Part shown: in pieces, positions 1 through 6,830 of the stretch
Position numbering within the stretch: the stretch's first letter is position 1
Layout of the letters: every line of letters begins with the position of its first letter
IMG/VR virus record: IMGVR_UViG_3300044644_000765
Coordinates: 1-33,697 of that record
DNA from: a virus
Lineage: Duplodnaviria; Caudoviricetes
Length of the DNA stretch: 33,697 nt
Strand: one strand, 5' to 3'
The notes under the pieces: generated by a model
What the model was told of the DNA's origin: nothing
The model's database searches: none
Seen by the model: the letters and a program-made list of their open reading frames with translations, nothing else
Translations under genes and position numbers: made by a program

Positions 1-127
1 AGCTTATTTCTTGAATGGGAAAATAGATGCTTTAAATGTTTGGACTAAAGAATTGACAACCACTGAAATAACAGAATTATATAACTCTGGTAACGGAAAA
101 CAATATCCTTATTAATTATGAAAGTAA
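1..127. repeat. Terminal direct repeat, left copy (circular assembly overlap)
   Basis: 1-127 is identical to 33571-33697; 127 is a common assembler k-mer, so the unit genome is ~33,570 bp. Confidence 0.95.
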
Positions 128-348
128 GAAAATTAACAATTGAACAAAAAGACCTTTTAGTAGGCAAAGTTTGGGGTTACGAAAATCAAATATTTAACCC
201 TGTTTTAGATGCAAATGGAAACTGGTTTATTTCAAATCAAGAAGTAAACGGATGCACGTTAGCACGAGCACAATTAATTGGCTGTGATAGTTGGCTATTA
301 ACATTACCAGAAATTGATTATAACCCTATAATAGTTGAAATGATATGA
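118..348 (+). CDS. Hypothetical protein following the LamG tail gene
   Basis: 76 aa ORF starting 3 nt after the LamG gene stop across the circular junction; overlaps next ORF by ATGA. Confidence 0.75.
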   Translation: MKVRKLTIEQKDLLVGKVWGYENQIFNPVLDANGNWFISNQEVNGCTLARAQLIGCDSWLLTLPEIDYNPIIVEMI

Positions 349-959
349 ACTATTTAAAAGACATCATAGAGCAACTGAGAAAGGCGAAAACAATCCTTTT
401 AATACTTCTATTTGTTAGCTTTATTTTGTTTTATTACAAGTCTTTAATAACAGAGGTTGTAGAAACAAAGGTGAAAAAACCAGACGAAGTAAAGAAAGAC
501 ATTAACGGGAATGTTTTAATCCAACAAATGTTAAATGAATTAATGTTGAAGTATAAAGCCGATAGGGTGTATATATTTCAATTTTCAAACAACGTTTATT
601 ACTACGATGGATCACACAGAAATCACACTTCTATGAGTTTTGAAGTGTGTGCAAGTGGTATTAGTTACGAGTCAATAAATTTACAAAAATTGCCCGTTAG
701 TCTTTATCCTATTTTTTTACAGGAAGTAATGCTTGATAAGTGTATTTACAAAAATATTAATTGTATGCAAGAAACTTCAACACGCTTATCACTAACTAAG
801 CAAGGTATTAAATCAATGGTTGTTGCTCCTTACTTTAAAGATGGTTATTTTGTAGCATATATAGGAGTAGATTATGTAAAAGAATATAATGATTTAGATT
901 TTGATTACGATCAATTCAAAAGAGAAACAAATGAAATTGGTAAAATTTTAACACAATAA
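345..959 (+). CDS. Single-TM protein with C-terminal GAF-like domain; T4 T-like holin candidate
   Basis: Amphipathic N-terminus, TM TILLILLFVSFILFYY, GAF-like motifs ADRVYIFQF and GIKSMVVAPYF..YFVAYIGVDY; lies in the lysis cassette. Confidence 0.55.
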   Translation: MNYLKDIIEQLRKAKTILLILLFVSFILFYYKSLITEVVETKVKKPDEVKKDINGNVLIQQMLNELMLKYKADRVYIFQFSNNVYYYDGSHRNHTSMSFEVCASGISYESINLQKLPVSLYPIFLQEVMLDKCIYKNINCMQETSTRLSLTKQGIKSMVVAPYFKDGYFVAYIGVDYVKEYNDLDFDYDQFKRETNEIGKILTQ

Positions 960-971
960 AAACAAATAACT

Positions 972-1178
972 ATGAACATTTTTAAGAGAATCAAGGCAAA
1001 AACGCCGAAAAAAAACAAAGTAATTGGACAAGTAACAGCTGTACTAGGTGCGGTATCGTTAGCAGTAGCAGAAAGCGGAGCTGTAGATAACCGACCAATG
1101 TTAAAGCTAGGTTTAGAGGTGTTAGCGGTGAAATTAGGAGCTGTATCAGTTTATAACGCTCAAAAAGTAGAGGAATGA
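972..1178 (+). CDS. Small membrane protein, putative holin/antiholin
   Basis: Basic N-terminus (KRIKAKTPKKNK) and two hydrophobic segments; immediately upstream of the endolysin. Confidence 0.55.
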   Translation: MNIFKRIKAKTPKKNKVIGQVTAVLGAVSLAVAESGAVDNRPMLKLGLEVLAVKLGAVSVYNAQKVEE

Positions 1179-1693
1179 GTTATGACTGGTTAAGAGCCGA
1201 GAAAAGCCCAAAAATCTTAGTCCAAGCCGTTAAAAATTTAGGAGTTAAAGAAATCGTTGGAAAAGTTCACAACCCTATAATATTACAGTGGGCTAAGGAT
1301 TTAAAACTAGATAAGGTTTACACTAATGACGAAATTCCGTGGTGTGGTTTATTCGTTGCTCATTGTTGTTATTCAGCAGGCGTAGAAGTAGTAAATAAAC
1401 CTTTGTGGGCTTTATCATGGTCAACGTGGGGTAATGAAGTCAAAGATCCTATGTTAGGGGATGTATTAACCTTTAAACGTGATGGTGGCGGTCATGTAGG
1501 TATTTACGTAGGTGAGGACACAACACACTTTCACGTGTTAGGGGGTAACCAGGGGAATGCAGTAAGTGTTTCAAGAATTGCTAAGACTAGACTATTTAAA
1601 GCACGTAGAACAGCGTGGAAAATTGCACAACCTAGTAACGTTAGAAAAATTATTTTAGAAGGTAAAGGGAATGTATCTACAAATGAAAAATAA
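1175..1693 (+). CDS. Endolysin, NlpC/P60-CHAP-type cysteine peptidase (TIGR02594-like)
   Basis: DEIPWCGLFV (catalytic Cys), GGGHVGIY (His), VLGGNQGNAV motifs. Confidence 0.85.
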   Translation: MSYDWLRAEKSPKILVQAVKNLGVKEIVGKVHNPIILQWAKDLKLDKVYTNDEIPWCGLFVAHCCYSAGVEVVNKPLWALSWSTWGNEVKDPMLGDVLTFKRDGGGHVGIYVGEDTTHFHVLGGNQGNAVSVSRIAKTRLFKARRTAWKIAQPSNVRKIILEGKGNVSTNEK

Positions 1694-1742
1694 TTGTTAT
1701 ATTTGACTTCATTCTTTTCATAATTTTTTAAATTAAACAATT

Positions 1743-1768
1743 AGAGCTATTTCGGTAGCTCTTTTTTA
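1743..1768 (+). terminator. Rho-independent terminator
   Basis: AGAGCTA-TTTCGG-TAGCTCT followed by a T run, after the endolysin. Confidence 0.85.
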
Positions 1769-1772
1769 TTGT

Positions 1773-1967
1773 ATGAAACTAGCAGAATTAGAAACCAAAA
1801 TTAAAGAGATTAAAGAGTTTAAAAATCTTAATCTTAAACATGGGAAAATCAACGACCCCAAAAAATTCATTGATTTAAATATTTCTTATTTAAAAGCTCA
1901 GTCTGGAAATCGTAGGTTTTTGCCTTATTATGAGCGACTTATAGAGTTTTATCTCTTAAATAAGTAA
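1773..1967 (+). CDS. Hypothetical protein (DUF6965-like)
   Basis: 64 aa; KINDPKKFI...RFLPYYERL pattern resembles small Bacteroidota phage proteins. Confidence 0.55.
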   Translation: MKLAELETKIKEIKEFKNLNLKHGKINDPKKFIDLNISYLKAQSGNRRFLPYYERLIEFYLLNK

Positions 1968-1995
1968 ATCAAATATTAAAATATTCTTAGAAAAT

Positions 1996-2037
1996 ATAAC
2001 TTTTATTTTGCAGTTAGGTTATTCAGCATTATATTTG
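1996..2037 (+). promoter_or_regulatory. Bacteroidota sigma70-type promoter with overlapping inverted repeat
   Basis: TTTG 2007-2010, 19 nt spacer, TATATTTG 2030-2037; ATAAC 1996-2000 / GTTAT 2018-2022. Confidence 0.8.
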
Positions 2038-2056
2038 TCGTATCAAACTAAATGAT

Positions 2057-2338
2057 ATGAGAGATAAAGAAATGTTTAAGAAGTATAAAGAGTATTTTGA
2101 TAAAGATATTCCGAATACAATCGAGTTTACTCAGCTAAAAGTAATAGCTATAAAGAGACTAAAAGCAAACAGGTTTAAGCTTAATGAAATTCAGGAAGCG
2201 ATCGGAATCTGTTACAAAAATGTTTTAAAGCTGAATTCCAGAGAAATTAATAAAGAGCTTGAATTATTATTCGATACTTTATTAAGTGAAAAAATTTATC
2301 CAATTAAACAAAACAACAGAACATCATGGACAAAGTAA
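2057..2338 (+). CDS. Hypothetical protein, possible HTH
   Basis: First ORF after the promoter; FKLNEIQEAIGICYKNVLKL is HTH-like. Confidence 0.55.
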   Translation: MRDKEMFKKYKEYFDKDIPNTIEFTQLKVIAIKRLKANRFKLNEIQEAIGICYKNVLKLNSREINKELELLFDTLLSEKIYPIKQNNRTSWTK

Positions 2339-2511
2339 TTTATTTAGGCGTAATGATAGGCTTTTTATTCGTTGTAAGAGCTTTATTTATTAGAATGGAA
2401 GAAAGAGCCAAGTATAGAAATAAAATGGAAACTAAGCGACGTAACGCACGTTTTTACGAAACTATCGACTATACAAATTTCAACAAAGAAACAGGGAAGT
2501 ATGAAAACTAA
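2326..2511 (+). CDS. Small membrane protein
   Basis: N-terminal hydrophobic helix, coupled overlaps with neighbours. Confidence 0.6.
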   Translation: MDKVIYLGVMIGFLFVVRALFIRMEERAKYRNKMETKRRNARFYETIDYTNFNKETGKYEN

Positions 2512-2800
2512 AAAGAAATACCACACAAAACACTTTAAGAATTTACCCTTAGAAGTTCAAACAAGGATCTATAATTTAATTAGCAGAGGTAAAACATTGT
2601 ACCAAATAATCAAGTTAGAGAAAGTAAGTGTATCAAGTTTACATTTATTGTTTGAAGACGTTAAAAAGCCTGTTTCACGTGCAAAAATTGGACATAGAGA
2701 CGAGTCTTATTACACGGAGGACTATATGATTAATGGTTATCAAACACCAACTTATGACGAATTAAGTGAAAGTGAAAAATTTATATATAACACATTATGA
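2501..2800 (+). CDS. Hypothetical protein, possible HTH
   Basis: RGKTLYQIIKLEKVSVSSLHLLF is HTH-like. Confidence 0.55.
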   Translation: MKTKKKYHTKHFKNLPLEVQTRIYNLISRGKTLYQIIKLEKVSVSSLHLLFEDVKKPVSRAKIGHRDESYYTEDYMINGYQTPTYDELSESEKFIYNTL

Positions 2801-3024
2801 TAGAATCAACTATTTACATGGCACGGTTAATGTTTAGGGACTTAATCGAAGACTATACACCAGAAAGTTTAGAACGTTTTGCGAACGATTTTAAAAACTT
2901 AGAAGAGCTATTTGAAGAGCAAATGAAACAAGCGTATTTGCAAGGATGGGAGGATAAATGGCACGTTGACCGCACAGATTTAAATCAAGCATTTGAAGAT
3001 TTTTATAAAACTTATAAGAAATGA
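2797..3024 (+). CDS. Hypothetical protein
   Basis: ATGA-coupled ORF; EEQMKQAYLQG...FEDFYKTY pattern. Confidence 0.65.
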   Translation: MIESTIYMARLMFRDLIEDYTPESLERFANDFKNLEELFEEQMKQAYLQGWEDKWHVDRTDLNQAFEDFYKTYKK

Positions 3025-3242
3025 CACCAAAAGAAAAAGCAGAAGAATTGTTTAATAAATATTGTTACGCAATAAGAACAGAAGAAACAGACAGCGGTTA
3101 TTTTACAAATGTAATATATGCCAAAAATTGTGCAATAATTGCAGTTGATGAGATAATTTTAGAAATGCCTATGATTATAGGAGAACCTAATATTAAAAGA
3201 TTGTATTGGCAAGAAGTTAAAAAAGAAATAGAAAAATTATGA
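3021..3242 (+). CDS. Hypothetical protein, paralog family A (copy 1)
   Basis: MTPKEKA...CAIIAVDEI...YWQEVK shared with 13106-13303 and 14069-14338. Confidence 0.8.
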   Translation: MTPKEKAEELFNKYCYAIRTEETDSGYFTNVIYAKNCAIIAVDEIILEMPMIIGEPNIKRLYWQEVKKEIEKL

Positions 3243-3493
3243 AACAATTAAACATAATGTACCAGATAATTTTATTATCTCAGGTTACACTCGAAAAATT
3301 AGAGGACCTAGAAGATAATAATATTTTCAAAAAGAACAACAAGGAACTATTTGATAAGTTTTATGAAGTGATTACAGACCTAGCTGAAAACAGCACTAAC
3401 AAGCTAACAGATCAACAAATCAAATCCTTTCAATATAACACGGATAGGATGAGAAAATTAGTAGATAAAATAAATATAAAATCAGTATTATGA
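3239..3493 (+). CDS. Hypothetical protein
   Basis: 84 aa coupled ORF. Confidence 0.65.
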   Translation: MKQLNIMYQIILLSQVTLEKLEDLEDNNIFKKNNKELFDKFYEVITDLAENSTNKLTDQQIKSFQYNTDRMRKLVDKINIKSVL

Positions 3494-3927
3494 AAATAGG
3501 TCAAGAAGTAAAAGCAATCAAACAATATGTTTACGGTGCTGGACACCCACAAGGAGGGCGTAACGCTTTAATAGTAGGTGCAAAGTATAGAGTAACAGAT
3601 TTCAGTTGGTCTATGAGTACGTTTGCAATAGTGGACATCCACGGGAATAAATTATGGTTTAATTTAAATAATGAACATTTTGAAATGGAGAAAAAAGATG
3701 CTATTGTTGAGAGTGTAGTTGCTAAATATTTACAAAGATCTAAACTAGGCATAAAAAAGTACGGAACCACCTTAGAAGAAAATAACGTAGATAACTTCCT
3801 TTTGCACTTACAAGAGGAATTAATGGATGCCTCACTTTATATTGAGAAACTATTAAGTCAAAGAAATGGAAACAATGAAGATAAGCTCCTATTACTTGAT
3901 GATAAACTATCAAAATCTAAAAAATAA
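3490..3927 (+). CDS. Two-part protein with C-terminal all-alpha NTP-pyrophosphatase-like domain
   Basis: From the internal Met at 3685: RSKLGIKKYGTTL...LHLQEELMDASLY (EExxD). Confidence 0.55.
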   Translation: MKIGQEVKAIKQYVYGAGHPQGGRNALIVGAKYRVTDFSWSMSTFAIVDIHGNKLWFNLNNEHFEMEKKDAIVESVVAKYLQRSKLGIKKYGTTLEENNVDNFLLHLQEELMDASLYIEKLLSQRNGNNEDKLLLLDDKLSKSKK

Positions 3928-4109
3928 TGAAAATTGATAAAGCCCCTATCTCATTCACATGCCCATCTATAGATTCAGCTATTGATATCATTCAACACGT
4001 TGAAATGCCTGAATATGATAGGTATTTAGTTTTAGATTTACTAGAAGAGCTAAGATCGGACAACGCAAAACTTCGGGAATGTATTAACGAAATATTAGAA
4101 AATAATTAA
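3927..4109 (+). CDS. Hypothetical protein
   Basis: 60 aa; TCPSID...LEELRSDNAKLR. Confidence 0.65.
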   Translation: MKIDKAPISFTCPSIDSAIDIIQHVEMPEYDRYLVLDLLEELRSDNAKLRECINEILENN

Positions 4110-4114
4110 AAAAA

Positions 4115-4156
4115 GTAACCTTTGTTTGTTTTATAAGTTTCTTTGCCTTATATTTG
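4115..4156 (+). promoter_or_regulatory. Bacteroidota promoter with inverted repeat
   Basis: TTTG 4125-4128, TATATTTG 4149-4156; GTAAC 4115-4119 / GTTTC 4137-4141. Confidence 0.75.
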
Positions 4157-4181
4157 TTCTATAATTAAAAACCAAAACAAA

Positions 4182-4361
4182 ATGAAAGCATACAACAACT
4201 TTACAGACAAATTTAATAACGAATATAAATTTGATAATTATTTAGATTTTGCAACTTTTTGGTTTAGACTAAATAAAAAAGTGCAAATGAGTTATTTCTC
4301 AAATTATAAAGAATTAAATAAGTTAGCTTGTAATTCTAAAGAAGCAAGAATAAAATTATAA
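4182..4361 (+). CDS. Hypothetical protein (start moved to ATG 4182)
   Basis: The track start TTG 4143 lies inside the promoter; ATG 4182 follows an A-rich leader. Confidence 0.65.
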   Translation: MKAYNNFTDKFNNEYKFDNYLDFATFWFRLNKKVQMSYFSNYKELNKLACNSKEARIKL

Positions 4362-4396
4362 ATAAAACAGGGGTGCGACTGTAACGCACATTAATC

Positions 4397-4549
4397 ATGA
4401 AAATAACTACCAAGAAAATAATTAGAGAACTTGAAAAGCTAGGATATAGAGTTGAACATTTTGATCGAGGTGAAGAAGTGTTAATTAGAGACGTTAGAAA
4501 CATAATAGATGAAATTTTAAAACAACACAAAAACATATCAATAAGATGA
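4397..4549 (+). CDS. Small hypothetical protein (50 aa, not in track)
   Basis: MKITTKKIIRELEKLGYRVEHFD...; ATGA overlap with next ORF. Confidence 0.6.
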   Translation: MKITTKKIIRELEKLGYRVEHFDRGEEVLIRDVRNIIDEILKQHKNISIR

Positions 4550-4701
4550 ATTACGCAATCGAATTAATAGAAAGAGAAATAAGCCTTTTAGAACGCTGTT
4601 TAAATGCATGGGAGTGTAAAGAGTACCCAGATGCTAAAAAGCAACGTGATAAACGTTTAAATGAGCTAAATGAAGCGTTGAACGTGTTAAAACAAAAATA
4701 A
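4546..4701 (+). CDS. Small hypothetical protein (51 aa, not in track)
   Basis: MNYAIELIEREISLLERCL...; coupled to the previous ORF. Confidence 0.6.
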   Translation: MNYAIELIEREISLLERCLNAWECKEYPDAKKQRDKRLNELNEALNVLKQK

Positions 4702-4710
4702 TTTCTTTGT

Positions 4711-4851
4711 ATGAAAGTATTTATACCAAATTACAACGACTGGTTTAATATCCTTCAAAGGTCTGGGAATTACGCCTTAATAGACTTTAATAAAAAGAAA
4801 ATAGTATTTAATATTTTAGGGTATGAAATACAAGAATTTAATAACCAATAA
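4711..4851 (+). CDS. Small hypothetical protein (46 aa, not in track)
   Basis: MKVFIPNYNDWFNILQRSG...; fills the gap in the operon. Confidence 0.5.
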   Translation: MKVFIPNYNDWFNILQRSGNYALIDFNKKKIVFNILGYEIQEFNNQ

Positions 4852-4862
4852 ATAAAAACAAA

Positions 4863-5084
4863 ATGAAAAAATTAGTATTAGTATTAGCGACAGCTTTAAT
4901 GTTGTTTAGCTGTGGGAAAGAAATAAACCACGCAAATCAATCATGCGGTTTAATCGTATCGGATAACGTAGAAGATTATTCTATAACAATTAGAAAGTCA
5001 AACGGAAGTTATGAAACAGTTACATTATATCCGGGTGATTGGGTGAATGCACACGTAGGAAGTGAAATTTGTGTAAATAAATAG
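4863..5084 (+). CDS. Lipoprotein
   Basis: Type II signal peptide MKKLVLVLATALMLFS-C. Confidence 0.75.
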   Translation: MKKLVLVLATALMLFSCGKEINHANQSCGLIVSDNVEDYSITIRKSNGSYETVTLYPGDWVNAHVGSEICVNK

Positions 5085-5101
5085 TTCTAATTAAAAAAAA
5101 T

Positions 5102-5362
5102 ATGAATATTTTAGAAAAAGCAAATGAAATTGTAAACCTTAGATCCGAAGAAAAGGATAGACAATACGGGGATTTTCATGAGTGTATGGAGCGTACTAGC
5201 AAATTGGCCTCTATTATGTCTAGCAAAGCTATAGACGTTAATGATTGCTATAATGTATTGATGGCATTAAAATTAGCCCGCCAATCAAATTGCCACAAAG
5301 AAGACAATTTACTTGATTTGGTAGCTTATGCCGGCTCGTTAAATGATTACTTAAATAAATAA
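5102..5362 (+). CDS. DUF6378-like protein (all-alpha nucleotide hydrolase-like)
   Basis: R...YGDF...MALKLAR...HKEDNLLDLVAY pattern. Confidence 0.7.
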   Translation: MNILEKANEIVNLRSEEKDRQYGDFHECMERTSKLASIMSSKAIDVNDCYNVLMALKLARQSNCHKEDNLLDLVAYAGSLNDYLNK

Positions 5363-5365
5363 ATT

Positions 5366-6145
5366 ATGAATACTTTTGAAAAAGAATATAGCAATATAAT
5401 TAAAAATTGTTGTAAAAAAGGTTACAAATTAGTTGGTAGAAATGGAAAAGTAAGACAACTAACAGCCGTGCAAGTAAGAGCAAATTTGGCTGATGGTTTC
5501 CCTATAGTGACAGGGAAACAAATTTTTCCTAAATCTGTTTTTATAGAGTTAGAATGGATGTTAAATGGCTTTACCAATATTAAATGGTTAAATGAAAGAG
5601 GTGTAAAAATATGGGATCAATGGGCGGATAAAGATGGAGATTTGGGACCTGTGTATGGCTACCAGATTTTAAACTTTGCGGGGATAAACCAATTAAATAA
5701 AATTTCTGAAGAATTTAGAAAAAACAAAAATAGTAGGAGGCTATTGGTTAGCATGTGGAATCCTTCCGACTTAGACAAAATGGCTTTACCTCCTTGTCAT
5801 TATGCTTTTCAATTTGTATTAGAAAATAATATAGCAGATATTGTTGTGAGTATGCGCTCTTTAGATTTATTTATAGGTTTGCCTTATGATATGGCCATGT
5901 ATGCAACTTTATTAGTCTCGTTTTGTAAAGAACATAATTTAACACCTAGAGAAATTATAATAAATGCTGCTAATGGACACATTTACGAGGAACATATTGG
6001 ATCCGCTGCTGTATATGCAAATAGATTAAAATTTAATTTACCAAAAGTTTTAAATATTCCGGCATTATCTGCTTATAAGGCAGATGGAATTGTTATAGAT
6101 GGCTATGAATACCATTCAAGATTAAAAGTAGACGTTAAAAAATAA
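5366..6145 (+). CDS. thyA: Thymidylate synthase A-fold enzyme with Asn->Asp specificity switch (probable dCMP methylase/hydroxymethylase)
   Basis: ELEW, IWDQWAD, GPVYG, SRR, PPCH, RSLD and HIY are conserved; GLPYD replaces canonical GLPFN. Confidence 0.9.
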   Translation: MNTFEKEYSNIIKNCCKKGYKLVGRNGKVRQLTAVQVRANLADGFPIVTGKQIFPKSVFIELEWMLNGFTNIKWLNERGVKIWDQWADKDGDLGPVYGYQILNFAGINQLNKISEEFRKNKNSRRLLVSMWNPSDLDKMALPPCHYAFQFVLENNIADIVVSMRSLDLFIGLPYDMAMYATLLVSFCKEHNLTPREIIINAANGHIYEEHIGSAAVYANRLKFNLPKVLNIPALSAYKADGIVIDGYEYHSRLKVDVKK

Positions 6146-6155
6146 AATTAATATT

Positions 6156-6458
6156 ATGAAAATGACAAATGAATTTCAGTCAATAAGAGACTGGGCAGAA
6201 GCAAAAGGAATATTTGAAAAAGGAGATGTAAAAACTCAATATGTAAAATTACAAGAAGAAGCCGGAAAATTAGCAAAAGCAATTATAAAAGATGATAAAG
6301 ATGAGTTTATAGACGCTTTGGGGGACTGCACTATAGTATTAGTTAACTTAGCCAAATTGGGTGGTTATAACTTAGAGGATTGCATAAACTCAGCATATAA
6401 CGTAATTGCTAAAAGAACAGGCAAAATGGTTAATGGTTCTTTTAAAAAAGATTTTTAA
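6156..6458 (+). CDS. MazG-like nucleotide pyrophosphohydrolase
   Basis: KLQEEAGKLAKAI...EFIDALGD...AYNVIAKRTGKMVNGSFKK. Confidence 0.85.
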   Translation: MKMTNEFQSIRDWAEAKGIFEKGDVKTQYVKLQEEAGKLAKAIIKDDKDEFIDALGDCTIVLVNLAKLGGYNLEDCINSAYNVIAKRTGKMVNGSFKKDF

Positions 6459-6488
6459 GTTTTATTAATTATAAAAAAATAAAAAGGT

Positions 6489-6496
6489 TATATTTG
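6489..6496 (+). promoter_or_regulatory. Bacteroidota -7 box for the replication operon
   Basis: TATATTTG in the intergenic gap; no clear -33 box. Confidence 0.6.
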
Positions 6497-6502
6497 TAAA
6501 AT

Positions 6503-6593
6503 AGTTCGCTCCTACAATATAGAACTTAAAGAAATTTGAAACCCTAATGATGAGTAACGAGGTAGGAGCCGTGAAAATTGTTAGGGTTTTTTT
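6503..6593 (+). ncRNA. Structured leader RNA / attenuator with loop-loop pseudoknot
   Basis: Stems AGTTC/GAACT and 6538-6551/6577-6590 plus T run; loop segments GCTCCTAC and GTAGGAGC are perfectly complementary. Confidence 0.6.
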
Positions 6594-6636
6594 ATTAACT
6601 AAAAGTTACTGGTTATCTTAAAACCTTTAAAAAAAT

Positions 6637-6828
6637 ATGATTAGTTTAAATTTTCATGATGTACAAGACGGTACAATTTTAACAGTTGACTCAATTCCAG
6701 AAAATGGAACTATTTTTATTCACCTTGATTGTGAAAGTGAAGATAAAAGTTGGGGTATTTATTTAGATAGATCAACTGCTATAAAATTTTCAAAAGAATT
6801 ACGCAAACAAATTGCTCAAATTGATTAG
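6637..6828 (+). CDS. Hypothetical protein
   Basis: 63 aa; IYLDRSTAIKFSKELRKQI. Confidence 0.7.
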   Translation: MISLNFHDVQDGTILTVDSIPENGTIFIHLDCESEDKSWGIYLDRSTAIKFSKELRKQIAQID

Positions 6829-6830
6829 TT

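Noticed and set aside
1-127. Biological terminal repeat of the virion DNA
   Set aside because: An exact 127-nt overlap matches an assembler k-mer and cuts through a gene; it shows circularity only
1698-1705. TATATTTG promoter after the endolysin
   Set aside because: No -33 box or full operator, and a terminator follows within ~40 nt; insufficient support
6547-6577. Hammerhead ribozyme (TGATGAG...GAAA)
   Set aside because: Position 3 is A rather than C, stem II lacks the G-C closing pair, and there is no stem III/NUH site; the two-hairpin fold explains the sequence better
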